Of a stretch of 64,000 nucleotides of DNA, positions 9,175 through 18,410 are shown piece after piece. Source of the stretch: Candidatus Methylomirabilota bacterium. Its GTDB lineage: Bacteria; Methylomirabilota; Methylomirabilia; Rokubacteriales; CSP1-6. The translations under genes were made by a program, and so were the position numbers. The notes beneath the pieces are model-generated. The model was not told the DNA's origin and did no database searches. It saw only the letters and a list, made by a program, of their open reading frames with translations. Numbering within the stretch: the first letter of the stretch is position 1; every line of letters begins with the position of its first letter. Location of the stretch: NCBI GenBank assembly GCA_035311385.1, contig DATGCY010000129.1, positions 566 through 64,565 on the forward strand. The letters are read 5' to 3'.

Positions 9175-10263
9175 GTGCCCGGCGTCACCATCACGGGACT
9201 CCGCAAGAGCTACGGCGACGTGGGCGCGGTGTCGGGCCTCGACCTCCGCGTGGAGCCGGGTGAGCTGGTGGCGCTGCTCGGACCATCCGGGTGCGGGAAG
9301 ACGACCACCCTCCGACTCGTGGCCGGCTTCCTCACTCCGGAGGCAGGCGAGATCTGGGTCGGCGACCGCTGCCTCTCCTCGCCCTCCGCCGTCATCCCGC
9401 CTGAGCGCCGTCGCATGGCCATGATCTTCCAGAGCTACGCCTTGTGGCCGCACATGACCGTGCACCAAAACGTGGCCTACGGCCTGCGCTTCACGGGCAG
9501 CCCGCGCGCCGATCGCGAGCGGCGGGTGCGCGACATCCTGCGCGCGGTGCAGCTCGAGGGCTACGGGGCGCGCTATCCCGGTGAGCTCTCGGGCGGCCAG
9601 CAGCAGCGGGTGGCCGTGGCGCGGGCCCTCGTGGTCGAGCCGGAGATCCTCCTCCTCGACGAGCCGCTCAGCAACCTGGACGCGAATCTTCGCGAGGAGA
9701 TGCGCTTCGAGATCCGGCGCCTCCATGAGCAGTTCGGCATCACCACCCTCTACGTCACTCACGATCAAGCGGAGGCCATGGTCATCTCCGACCGGGTGGC
9801 CGTGCTCCAGCACGGCCGCGTGGCGCAGATCGGCTCCGCCGAGGAGCTCTTCGAGCGGCCGCGCACCCGCTTCGTCGCGGAGTTCATCGGCCGGACCAAT
9901 CTGCTCGACGCCGTGGCCGTCGGAGCGGACCGGGTGAGCTTCGGCCAGGTGCGACTGCAGGTGGCCGCGCGCGATCTCTCACCGGGCGCCCGCGTGGTCA
10001 TCTCCATCCGCCCGCACCAGATCGAGCTCGGGCCGGAGGCATCGGCGGTGGCGTCCGACAATGTGGTCGCCGGAGACGTGGTGCGCGCGAGCTTTCTGGG
10101 CGACAGCGTCGATTATCAGGTGAAGCTGACGGAGGGTGACGTGGTGCTGAGAGTGACCACGCCCACCCCGCCGCGCGCGCGGCCCGGTGAGCGCGTGCGC
10201 CTCCTCATCCCGGCGGGCGCCTGCTTCCCGCTTCCCGACGAGTCCCCGCGCAAACTCAGCTGA
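9175..10263 (+). CDS. ABC transporter ATP-binding protein (PotA/FbpC-like importer ATPase with C-terminal TOBE-like domain)
   Basis: Walker A GPSGCGKTT, signature LSGGQQQRVAVARAL, Walker B ILLLDEPLSNLD, H-loop YVTHDQ. Confidence 0.9.
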   Translation: MPGVTITGLRKSYGDVGAVSGLDLRVEPGELVALLGPSGCGKTTTLRLVAGFLTPEAGEIWVGDRCLSSPSAVIPPERRRMAMIFQSYALWPHMTVHQNVAYGLRFTGSPRADRERRVRDILRAVQLEGYGARYPGELSGGQQQRVAVARALVVEPEILLLDEPLSNLDANLREEMRFEIRRLHEQFGITTLYVTHDQAEAMVISDRVAVLQHGRVAQIGSAEELFERPRTRFVAEFIGRTNLLDAVAVGADRVSFGQVRLQVAARDLSPGARVVISIRPHQIELGPEASAVASDNVVAGDVVRASFLGDSVDYQVKLTEGDVVLRVTTPTPPRARPGERVRLLIPAGACFPLPDESPRKLS

Positions 10264-11257
10264 CGCCGGGCGTGATGGCCGTCTTGGCGCCGTGGCCGGC
10301 CGAAGCGTGGGCGAAGGCCTCGGCGACGCGGCTCAGGGGGAAGGTCGCGGTGACGAGCCTCTTCACGCCGAGCTTGGGCATGAGGGCGAGCGCGCGACGG
10401 AAGGACGTACCGCGGCCGAAGGCGCCGCTGATCCTGATCTCGCGGTAGTGCACGTCCCACAAGTCGAGAGGGAGCTGGCTGCCCTTCGGGTTCACGCCCA
10501 CGAGCTCCAGGTGACCCGTGGGGCGAGTCATGGCGAGCGCCTCGGCGACGAGCTCGGGCTTGCCCACCGCCTCCGCGACCACGTCCGCGCCTCGATCGCG
10601 CGTCAGGGCCATGATGCGTTCGCGCAGATTCTCCTTCGCGGGATCGATCACGACGTGGGCGCCGAGCCGGCGCGCGATCCGGCGGCGCTCCTCGATGGGA
10701 TCGGACAGAATCAGGCGCTTGGCCCCCCGGCGCTTGGCCAGAACCATGGTGAGTAGGCCCATGATGCCGCCGCCGATCACGAGCACGGTCGCTCCGCGTG
10801 GCATCTCGAAGGTCTCGAGCCCGGCGAGGCAGCAGGCGGCGGGCTCCGTGAGAGCCGCGGTGACGACATCGAGGCCGTCGGGCAGCGGATGCACGCAGCT
10901 CACTGGCAAGGTGACGCGCTCGGCGAAGCCGCCGACGCGGGAGGCGCGCGGGCACTGCGAGGTACGGCCCGCTTCGCAGGCGGAGCACTCGCCGCAGCCG
11001 TACGAGGGCTCGCAGGCCACGGCGCGCCCGAGCAGGCGCTTGCTCACCCCGCGCCCCACCTCGCGGACCACGCCGGAGTACTCGTGGCCGAGGACGAGCG
11101 GCGGCGTCCAGGGAAAGAGCCCTTGCGTCGCGTGAATGTCCGTGCCGCAGATGCCGGCCGCGTGCACGGAGACGACGACCTGCCCCGGCCCCGCCGCGGG
11201 ATCGGGCGCCTCGTCCACCGTGAAGTGACTGCCGCCGCGCCAGGTGGCGACCTTCAT
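10256..11257 (-). CDS. zinc-dependent alcohol dehydrogenase (threonine/sorbitol dehydrogenase-like MDR)
   Basis: ATG 11257 gives MKVATWRGGSHF..GICGTDIHATQG..GHEYSGVV..CGECSACEAG (catalytic and structural Zn motifs)..VIGGGIMG (Rossmann). The remainder of the track ORF is a frame artefact. Confidence 0.85.
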   Translation of the reverse strand: MKVATWRGGSHFTVDEAPDPAAGPGQVVVSVHAAGICGTDIHATQGLFPWTPPLVLGHEYSGVVREVGRGVSKRLLGRAVACEPSYGCGECSACEAGRTSQCPRASRVGGFAERVTLPVSCVHPLPDGLDVVTAALTEPAACCLAGLETFEMPRGATVLVIGGGIMGLLTMVLAKRRGAKRLILSDPIEERRRIARRLGAHVVIDPAKENLRERIMALTRDRGADVVAEAVGKPELVAEALAMTRPTGHLELVGVNPKGSQLPLDLWDVHYREIRISGAFGRGTSFRRALALMPKLGVKRLVTATFPLSRVAEAFAHASAGHGAKTAITPGVS

Positions 11258-12138
11258 CGGCCGTTCGTGCCCAGCCACTCGAGGGTGAAGCCCGAGCCGG
11301 CGGCGCGCACACGCCCACCGTGGGGCGCGGGGAAATGGCTCGGGAGAAGCAGCGCGTCCCGCTCGCTGCACGTCTCGAGGAGCTTCCGTCGGGAGACGGC
11401 GGAAACCGCCTGGTCGAGGCAGGCCACGGTGCTCCAGTCGGGGCGATAGACCTGGATCGGGTGGTGGATGACGTCGCCCCCGAAGAAGGCCTCCTGCCCT
11501 TTCGACGTGAGATGGATGTGACAGTTGCCCGGTGTATGGCCCGGGGCCAGCTCCACCACGAGGTGGCCGTCCACCTGATGCCCGTCCTCGATCATGTCGG
11601 CCCTCCCCGCCTCCACGATGGGAAGCACGCTGTCGTTGAAGGCGTTGCGACGAATGGGATTCTGCTCCTGCGGGGAGGTCCAGTGCTCGTACTCCACGCG
11701 CGCGAAGAGATAGCGCGCGTTGGGAAAGGTCGGCACCCAGCGCCCATTCTCGAGCCGCGTGTTCCAGCCCACGTGGTCGGGATGCATGTGGGTGCACATC
11801 ACGTAGTCCACGCTCTCCGGAGCCACTCCCGCCGCCTGCAGCCGTTCCAGGAATGGGTGCTGTTGCCGGTGCCAGTGGGCGCGCGGCATGCGCTCCTTGT
11901 CGTTGCCGATGCAGGTGTCGATGACCACGGTGTGTCGGCCCGTCTCGACCACCCACGCGTGCATGCTGAACACGAGGGCGCCGCGCTCGGGCAGGTAGTA
12001 GCGGGGGGCGAGCCAGGAGAGATGCGGCCGCATCACCTCGGGATCGAAGGTGGGGAAGAACCCCTCCGCGGTGAAGCTCGTATCCACGGTCTCCTCGATG
12101 CGGGAGAGCCGCGCGTCGCCGATCATCAGTCGATCCAT
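11254..12138 (-). CDS. metallo-beta-lactamase-fold hydrolase (AHL-lactonase-like)
   Basis: ATG 12138 gives MDRLMIGD... HxHxDH motif as CTHMHPDHVGW plus downstream His/Asp ligands. ATGA overlap with the ADH start implies translational coupling. Confidence 0.8.
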   Translation of the reverse strand: MDRLMIGDARLSRIEETVDTSFTAEGFFPTFDPEVMRPHLSWLAPRYYLPERGALVFSMHAWVVETGRHTVVIDTCIGNDKERMPRAHWHRQQHPFLERLQAAGVAPESVDYVMCTHMHPDHVGWNTRLENGRWVPTFPNARYLFARVEYEHWTSPQEQNPIRRNAFNDSVLPIVEAGRADMIEDGHQVDGHLVVELAPGHTPGNCHIHLTSKGQEAFFGGDVIHHPIQVYRPDWSTVACLDQAVSAVSRRKLLETCSERDALLLPSHFPAPHGGRVRAAGSGFTLEWLGTNGR

Positions 12139-12274
12139 GCCCGCCTCCTCTCGCCTGTCCTGGGGCTCGATGCCGTGCGCGCCACGCTGCGGCCAGATTC
12201 TAGCGGAAATCCGGAGCGCGGGGTCGCGCGTGCTATTCTTGCGCGTCCGCATCCGGAGCGAGGAGGAGACGAAC

Positions 12275-12511
12275 CTGGACACGGGAACCGCGTACGGGCG
12301 GCCACGGCCATCGTACGACGCCACGCTCACCCTGCACTCCGAAGAGCGGCTGGCCGCCAGCGATCGCGGCGTGGTGATGTTCCGACGGCTGCTGCGGCAA
12401 CAGATCGAGGCCGTGCAGGCAGGGCGCGATCCGCTGGGCGTGGCGTTCGACACGGCCTGCGCCACGGTCCAGGTCGAGGCGGGCAACTTCATCCTCGAGC
12501 CGGCCGGCTAG
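12275..12511 (+). CDS. orphan small ORF (possible C-terminal remnant of a Rieske-type oxygenase); non-canonical CTG start after a strong SD
   Basis: GAGGAGGAG lies 6 nt upstream of CTG 12275. Product ..HSEERLAASDRGVVMFRRLLRQQIEAVQAGRDPLGV.. is not low-complexity but has no N-terminal domain. Sits in a 468-bp spacer. Confidence 0.2.
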   Translation: MDTGTAYGRPRPSYDATLTLHSEERLAASDRGVVMFRRLLRQQIEAVQAGRDPLGVAFDTACATVQVEAGNFILEPAG

Positions 12512-12606
12512 TCGAGGCGGGCCAAAGAGAAGGGCACGGAGCCCAGAGGATGGACCGCCTTACCGCCGCCGGGGTCGGGGCCGTGCTGACGCAGATGGAC
12601 CTGGCC

Positions 12607-13632
12607 TCAGGATGACGAGCCGGTGCTGAGCACGATCTTGCCGAACTGACCTGCCTCTTCCATGCGGCGGTGGGCCGCCGCGGCGTCCGCGAGCGGGAAC
12701 GTCGTGTCGACCACGGGGCGGAGCCCGCCCTGGCCGAAGAGCTCCAGCATGGCCGCGAACTCTCGCGGGCTACCCATCGTGGTGCCGAGCAGCGTCGCCT
12801 GCTTCCAGAAGAGATTGCGGAGCACGAAATCCTTCACGGCGCCCGTGGTGGCGCCGAAGCTCGCGATGCGCCCGCCTGGTTTGAGGATCTCCACGCACTT
12901 CGCGAACGTCTCGCCGCCCACGCTGTCGATGACGACGTCGGGACCGCCGGCGGACAGCGTCAGGATCTCGCGCGCCCAGTCCTGCGTCCGGTAGTTGGCG
13001 CCTCCCATCGCCCCCATCTCGCGGGCGCGGGCGAGCTTGGCGTCGCTGCCCGAGGTGACGAGCACGCGCGCACCCAGATGGGCGGCGATCTGGAGGGCGA
13101 AGGCGGAGACCCCGCCGCCGATCCCCGTCACCAGCACGGTTTCGCCGGGCTGCACCTGCGCGCGGCTCACCACGGCGCGGTAGGCGGTGAGCGCGGCAAG
13201 GGGAATGGCCGCGGCCTCCTCGAAAGACAGGCGTGCCGGCTTCGGATGGATATTCTCCACCGGCACCCGCACCGCCTCCGCGTAGGTGCCGTCGTCGGGG
13301 AGCCCGAGGATGCGGAAGCTCGGCCCCTGAGCGAGGTCCCTCGCTCCCCAATCGAGGCTGGGGTTGATCACCACGGCTCGGCCCACCAGCGTCGCATCGC
13401 CCCCAGGTCCGACCGATGCGACCTCGCCCGCGCCGTCCGAGCCCAGGATCACGCGCTGCTTGAAACCGCCCGCGTAGGCTCCCGTCCCGCTTCGGATCCA
13501 CACGTCGCGATGGTTGAGCGCGGCCGCCTTGATTCGCACCACCGCCTCACCCGCGCCCGCCGTGGGATCTGCGAGCTCCGCCACCTTCAGGTTCTCCGCC
13601 GGTCCCGGCTCGTGCAGCACCACCGCGCGCAT
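12607..13632 (-). CDS. NADPH:quinone oxidoreductase / zinc-binding dehydrogenase family (MDR)
   Basis: 341 aa. MRAVVLHEPG..LKVAE N-terminus and GIGGGVSAFALQIA nucleotide-binding motif. Confidence 0.85.
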   Translation of the reverse strand: MRAVVLHEPGPAENLKVAELADPTAGAGEAVVRIKAAALNHRDVWIRSGTGAYAGGFKQRVILGSDGAGEVASVGPGGDATLVGRAVVINPSLDWGARDLAQGPSFRILGLPDDGTYAEAVRVPVENIHPKPARLSFEEAAAIPLAALTAYRAVVSRAQVQPGETVLVTGIGGGVSAFALQIAAHLGARVLVTSGSDAKLARAREMGAMGGANYRTQDWAREILTLSAGGPDVVIDSVGGETFAKCVEILKPGGRIASFGATTGAVKDFVLRNLFWKQATLLGTTMGSPREFAAMLELFGQGGLRPVVDTTFPLADAAAAHRRMEEAGQFGKIVLSTGSSS

Positions 13633-13635
13633 GGC

Positions 13636-14523
13636 TCAGAGGAGCCCGGCGCTCTGGAGCGCCTCGCGGATGCGCGCAGCCTGGGCGGCCGAGGTCGAGG
13701 GCATGGGCGCCCGCGGCGCTCCCGCCGCGCGGCCCTGGAGTTCCTGGGCGTGCTTCACGTTGGCGGGGAGATTGTCATGGAAGATCGCGTTCCAGATGGG
13801 CAGGAGCTTCTCGTGCAGGCCAAGGGCCTGCTTGTGATCGCCCGCCTGCACGGCATCCCAGAGCTGCACGCAGAGGGTGGGCGCCGCGGTGAGGATGGCG
13901 GCGATGGCGCCGTGCGCGCCGAGGGCGAAGGAGGGATACAGGAGCGCGTCGACCGCGGTCATGATCCGCGCCCGGTTGCCCACGAGGAGGAGCAGATCGG
14001 CGAGGAGCTTCATGTCGCCCGCGCTCTGCTTCACGCCGATCACCCCGGGCACGGCCCGAATGATGCGGTCGAGGAGCTGAGGCGAGAGATACGTCCACGG
14101 CACCACGTTGTAGATGATGATGGGCAGCTCCGTGCGGTTCGCGAGCGTATCGAAGTGTCGCACCATGGCGTCGTCGTCCGGACGGAACAGATAGTGGACG
14201 GGCGTCACCTGGAGCGCCGCGACGCCGAGGTCCTTCACGGCGAGCCCGCGCTCCACCGCGGAGGCCGTGCTGTCTGTGATGATGCCCGCGATCACCGGCA
14301 CCCGACCCCGCGCTTCCTCCGTGACGATGGCAACCACGCGGCGGACCTCGTCCGTGCTGAGGGCGTGGCCCTCGCCCGTGCTGCCGCTGGCGGCCAGACC
14401 GTGCACCCGCGCCGTCTCGATGAGATACCGCGTCTCCGCCCGCAGCGCGGCCTCGTCGATGGTGTCGTCGGGCCGGAAGGGCGTGGTCATCGGCGGAACG
14501 ATGCCGAAGATGCTCTCGCGCAT
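13636..14523 (-). CDS. dihydrodipicolinate synthase / N-acetylneuraminate lyase family (DapA-like class I aldolase)
   Basis: 295 aa. GIVPPMTTPF..SGSTGEG..YNVVP and the Schiff-base Lys region (GVKQS) are characteristic of the DapA/NAL family. Confidence 0.85.
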   Translation of the reverse strand: MRESIFGIVPPMTTPFRPDDTIDEAALRAETRYLIETARVHGLAASGSTGEGHALSTDEVRRVVAIVTEEARGRVPVIAGIITDSTASAVERGLAVKDLGVAALQVTPVHYLFRPDDDAMVRHFDTLANRTELPIIIYNVVPWTYLSPQLLDRIIRAVPGVIGVKQSAGDMKLLADLLLLVGNRARIMTAVDALLYPSFALGAHGAIAAILTAAPTLCVQLWDAVQAGDHKQALGLHEKLLPIWNAIFHDNLPANVKHAQELQGRAAGAPRAPMPSTSAAQAARIREALQSAGLL

Positions 14524-14708
14524 GTTGATTCCTCCCGGCTGAAGCAGTACCCTACCGCCCGGGCCGGCGTCAATGCTCTTCGCCGCCCGTCACCGGACCA
14601 GCGCCTGCGCTCGAGGAGGGGTGATCGCATGGCCAGCGGGCGTGCAGGGCATGAAGGTCGAGGACCGGGCGGCACGAAATCCACCGAAGATCTCCGACGC
14701 GTGATGCC

Positions 14709-17033
14709 ATGATCGGCGAGTCTCATCCCCGTCTCGGCGGCGACCGGCTCGCGAGCGGCGCCGGCTGCTTCGTCGCCGACGTGCGCGTGCCCGGGATGCT
14801 CCAGGCCGCCGTCCTCCGCTCGTCTCACGCGCACGCCCGTCTCGTCTCCGTCGATGGCAAGCGTGCGCTCGGGCTGCCCGGGGTGCGGGCCGTCCTCACC
14901 GCGGCGGACGTGCCCGTCACCGCCGTCATCCCGAACCGCGTGGGCGCCCCGCCCGGCACCGAGCGCTATCTCCAGCCCGCCATCGCCCGCGCGGTGGTGC
15001 GCTACGCCGGTGAGCCCGTGGCCCTCGTGGTTGCCGACGATCGCTACGTTGCCGAGGATGCCCTCGCCCTCATCGACGTGGTCTACCAGCCGCTGCCCGC
15101 CTGCTCCAGCGCCGCGCAGGCGCTCGCGCCGGACGCTCCTCTGCTCTTCCCGGGCACGGAGTCGAACAACGTGGCCCTAATCACCATGCGAAACGGCGAC
15201 CCGACGGCCGCTCTCCAGAAAGCGCCGGTGGTCATTCGCGAGCGCTTCGTGTATCCGCGCCAGACGGCCGCCGCGCTGGAGACGCGCGGGCTGGTTGCCG
15301 TGCCTCCCGACCCTGCGGGAGGCGAGCTCCACCTGATCGGGTCCACTAAGTGCATCCACATCAACCGCGGCATCCTCGCTCCCATCTTCGGCATTCCTCT
15401 GGGTGCGCTCCGCCTCACCGAGGTGGACGTGGGCGGCGGGTTCGGCGTGCGCGGCGAGCTCTACCCGGAAGACATTCTCGTCCCCCTCGCCGCTCTCAAG
15501 CTCGGCCGGCCCGTCCAATGGATCGAGAGCCGTCGCGAGAGCCTGCTCGCGACCAACCATGCGCGCCAGGTCGAGTATCGAGTGGAGATGGGCTTCGACG
15601 GTGAGGGGCGTATCGTGGGCTTGCGCGCTCTCATCCACGCCGACATCGGCGCCTACGTCCGCACGGCGGCCCTGGTCCCCGCGGAGTTCGGGGCCGCGCT
15701 CTTCCCCGGTCCCTATCGCGTGCCCAGCTACGACTGCGATCTCTGGTCGGTGGTGACCAACAAGACGCCCGCGGGCACGCTCCGCTCGCCCGGACGCCCC
15801 GAATGCAACTTCGCTCGCGAGCGCCTCATGGACCTGGGTGCGGCCCGGCTCGGCCTCGATCCGGCGGAGATCCGGCGGCGCAACCTCGTGCGCCCCGACG
15901 AAATGCCCTACGATTGCGGCACCAAGTCCTTCGGGGCGAGCACCGTGTACGACTCGGGCGACTTCCCCGCCCTCTTCAACGACCTGCTCCGTCGCATGGA
16001 CTATGCAGGCGCGCGACGGGAGCAGGCGAGCGTTCGCGGACGTCCCGGGGCGCGGCGTGGCATCGGTCTCGCCGTCTACGTGGAGAAGACCGGCCTCGGT
16101 CCCTTCGAGACCGCTCACATCGAAGCGCATCCGGACGGGCGCTTCACCGTGGACACGGGGGCGTCTTCCATGGGCCCGGGGCTCGAGACGGTGCTCGCGC
16201 AGATCGCCGGTGAGTCGCTGGGGCTCCCCGCGTCCTCCTTCGTCGTGCGCCACGCCGACACCGCCCACGTGGAGAGCGGCGTGGGCACCTACGGCTCGCG
16301 GGGAACAGTGACGGCCGGGAATGCCGCCGCGCTCGCCGCGGCCCGGCTCGTCCAGGAAGCGCGCTCGCGAGCGGCGACGGCCTGGGGACTGCCCGAGGCG
16401 GAGATTGCCTACGCCTCCGGTGTGCTCGACGCGCGGGGACGCCGAATCACCCTCGCCGATCTCGCCGCGGAGCGGCGGCTCGCCGTGGGCGCCTCGTTCA
16501 ATGTGTCGAAGATCACCTACGCGGGTTGCGCGGTCGGGGTGATCGCGGATCTGGATGCGGAAACCGGGACGGTGAGGCTCCGGCACATCACCGTGGGAGC
16601 CGACGTGGGCCGCGCCGTCAACCCCGCGCTGGTCGACGCACAGCTCGTGGGCGGCGTCGCCTTCGGCATCGGCAACACGCTCCACGAGACGCTCGAATAC
16701 GACGCGGGAGGCCAGGCGCTTTCCGGGACTTTGATGGACTACGCCCTGCCCTACGCGACCGACGTGCCGCCCGTGGACGGCTTCTATCAGGAGGTGCCGG
16801 CGACCACGAATCCCCTCGGGCTGCGCGGCCTGGGCGAATGCGGTAATCCGGGACTGGGTGGCGCTATCGCCAACGCCATCTGTGATGCGCTCGGCCAGCC
16901 CGCCCCCGGTCTCACTCGCCTGCCGCTCACCCCGGCCTCGATCTGGAACCAGGTCCTTCGTTCCCACCTTGGCGGGGGCCACGCATCCTTTTCGCGTTCG
17001 GGCACGTCTCAACGGCAGGAGGAACTTCCATGA
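14709..17033 (+). CDS. xanthine dehydrogenase-family molybdopterin-binding subunit (aldehyde oxidase / CoxL-like large subunit)
   Basis: 774 aa with an N-terminal a/b-hammerhead region (GAGCFVADVRVPGMLQAAVLRS) and the Mo-cofactor domain. No FeS or FAD subunit genes lie on either side. Confidence 0.85.
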   Translation: MIGESHPRLGGDRLASGAGCFVADVRVPGMLQAAVLRSSHAHARLVSVDGKRALGLPGVRAVLTAADVPVTAVIPNRVGAPPGTERYLQPAIARAVVRYAGEPVALVVADDRYVAEDALALIDVVYQPLPACSSAAQALAPDAPLLFPGTESNNVALITMRNGDPTAALQKAPVVIRERFVYPRQTAAALETRGLVAVPPDPAGGELHLIGSTKCIHINRGILAPIFGIPLGALRLTEVDVGGGFGVRGELYPEDILVPLAALKLGRPVQWIESRRESLLATNHARQVEYRVEMGFDGEGRIVGLRALIHADIGAYVRTAALVPAEFGAALFPGPYRVPSYDCDLWSVVTNKTPAGTLRSPGRPECNFARERLMDLGAARLGLDPAEIRRRNLVRPDEMPYDCGTKSFGASTVYDSGDFPALFNDLLRRMDYAGARREQASVRGRPGARRGIGLAVYVEKTGLGPFETAHIEAHPDGRFTVDTGASSMGPGLETVLAQIAGESLGLPASSFVVRHADTAHVESGVGTYGSRGTVTAGNAAALAAARLVQEARSRAATAWGLPEAEIAYASGVLDARGRRITLADLAAERRLAVGASFNVSKITYAGCAVGVIADLDAETGTVRLRHITVGADVGRAVNPALVDAQLVGGVAFGIGNTLHETLEYDAGGQALSGTLMDYALPYATDVPPVDGFYQEVPATTNPLGLRGLGECGNPGLGGAIANAICDALGQPAPGLTRLPLTPASIWNQVLRSHLGGGHASFSRSGTSQRQEELP

Positions 17034-17401
17034 GCTCCAGCCACAACGAACACGGATACGACAAGGGCGTCGTCCACCTCACCGAGCAGACGTTCGACGA
17101 GGCGCTGGCCGCCGCCGAAGGCATCTGGATGGTCGATTTCTGGGCGGCGTGGTGCGGTCCCTGCCGGGCCATCGCGCCCGTGCTCGAGGAGCTAGCCCAG
17201 GCCTCGAACGGAAGCGTGACGCTGGCCAAGGTCAACGTGGACGAGCAGCCGGGTCTGGCTGCCCGCTACGGCATCCGCTCCATTCCGACTATTCTCTTCG
17301 TCAAGGACGGCACGGTCGTGGACCAGGTGATCGGCGCGGTGCCCCGCGCGCAGGTTCAGGCGAAGATCACCCAGCTCGCCGGGGCGGGCGCAAAGGCCTG
17401 A
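17030..17401 (+). CDS. trxA: thioredoxin
   Basis: 123 aa with the WCGPC active site. ATGA overlap with the stop of the XDH-family gene. Confidence 0.9.
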   Translation: MSSSHNEHGYDKGVVHLTEQTFDEALAAAEGIWMVDFWAAWCGPCRAIAPVLEELAQASNGSVTLAKVNVDEQPGLAARYGIRSIPTILFVKDGTVVDQVIGAVPRAQVQAKITQLAGAGAKA

Positions 17402-17414
17402 GTCGGCCCGCGGC

Positions 17415-18212
17415 ATGACCGATTCCACTCCCGAGGAGGCGACGCCGACTCCGGGCGTTCCGGAGCGGGCCCGTTCCGCGAGATCTCCCCGGAAGGAGCC
17501 GACGCCGCCCCCGCGCGTGATGAGCATTCACGCGCATCCCGACGACCAGGAATTCACCGTGGGCGGCACCCTCGCGAAGTGGGCACGAGCGGGGAGCGAG
17601 ATCGTGACGGTATGCATCACGAGCGGGGGCGCGGGCTCCAACGACCACACGCCACCCGACATGACGCGCGAGGCGCTGGTGCCCATCCGCGAGGACGAGC
17701 AGCGCCGTGCCTGCCGCGTGCTGGGCATCTCCGACGTGCTGTTCTTGGGCTACGAGGACGGCATGCTCGAGCCGTCCCTCGATCTCCGCCGCGAGCTGAC
17801 CCGGCTCATCCGGCGTCACAAGCCCGACGCCGTGGTGTGCGGGGATCCGACCATGCGCTACTACGGCAACATGTACATGAACCATCCGGACCATCGCGCG
17901 GCCTCCGACGTGGCGCTGGATGCGGTGTTCCCCTCGGCGGAGACGCGATTGATTTTCCCCGAGCTCCTCGACGAAGGCCTCGAGCCCCACAAGGTCCGCT
18001 GGGTCTACATCCACGGCGCCACGCCGTCCGACACCTTCATCGACATCGCCGACGTCCTCGATCTGAAGATCGCCGCCCTCAAGGAGCACAAGACGCAGAT
18101 GGGGCCGTGGGATCCGACGGAGATGATCACGGGGTGGGCGCGCGAGCAAGGTGCGCGGCGCAAGCTGAAGGCCGCCGAGACTTTCCGTCTCATGCGCTTC
18201 CACGAAAGCTAA
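17415..18212 (+). CDS. PIG-L / LmbE-family N-acetylglucosaminyl deacetylase (copy 1; Pro-rich N-terminal extension or later start at about 17520)
   Basis: Motifs HAHPDDQE, HPDH and C-terminal His ligand. Disordered Pro/Thr-rich N-terminus of 35 aa. Confidence 0.8.
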   Translation: MTDSTPEEATPTPGVPERARSARSPRKEPTPPPRVMSIHAHPDDQEFTVGGTLAKWARAGSEIVTVCITSGGAGSNDHTPPDMTREALVPIREDEQRRACRVLGISDVLFLGYEDGMLEPSLDLRRELTRLIRRHKPDAVVCGDPTMRYYGNMYMNHPDHRAASDVALDAVFPSAETRLIFPELLDEGLEPHKVRWVYIHGATPSDTFIDIADVLDLKIAALKEHKTQMGPWDPTEMITGWAREQGARRKLKAAETFRLMRFHES

Positions 18213-18234
18213 ACGCGCGCCCTCACTCGGCCGG

Positions 18235-18387
18235 TTACATGTTGCCGGCCAGGCATCTCCCATCCGCGGTGAGAACCCCGCCCACGATGTCGCAGGCCTG
18301 CTGCGGATTGTAGGGCGTCTGCGACCACCCCGCGCACCCGCCCGCGAGGGCGGCGGCGAGGAGCACCAGTCCGGCCAGCCATCGCAT
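18235..18387 (-). CDS. small Cys-containing lipoprotein (about 50 aa)
   Basis: GGAGGAG SD 7 nt before ATG 18387. MRWLAGLVLLAAALAGGC lipobox signal peptide. Rest of the long track ORF is artefact. Confidence 0.5.
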   Translation of the reverse strand: MRWLAGLVLLAAALAGGCAGWSQTPYNPQQACDIVGGVLTADGRCLAGNM

Positions 18388-18410
18388 GAGCATTCTCCTC
18401 CGGGGCGCGA

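Noticed and set aside
12670-14712. 680-aa plus-strand ORF spanning the quinone oxidoreductase and DapA-like genes
   Set aside because: Antisense to two well-supported minus-strand genes; low-complexity product.
15177-17012. 611-aa minus-strand ORF inside the XDH-family gene
   Set aside because: Antisense artefact; no motifs.
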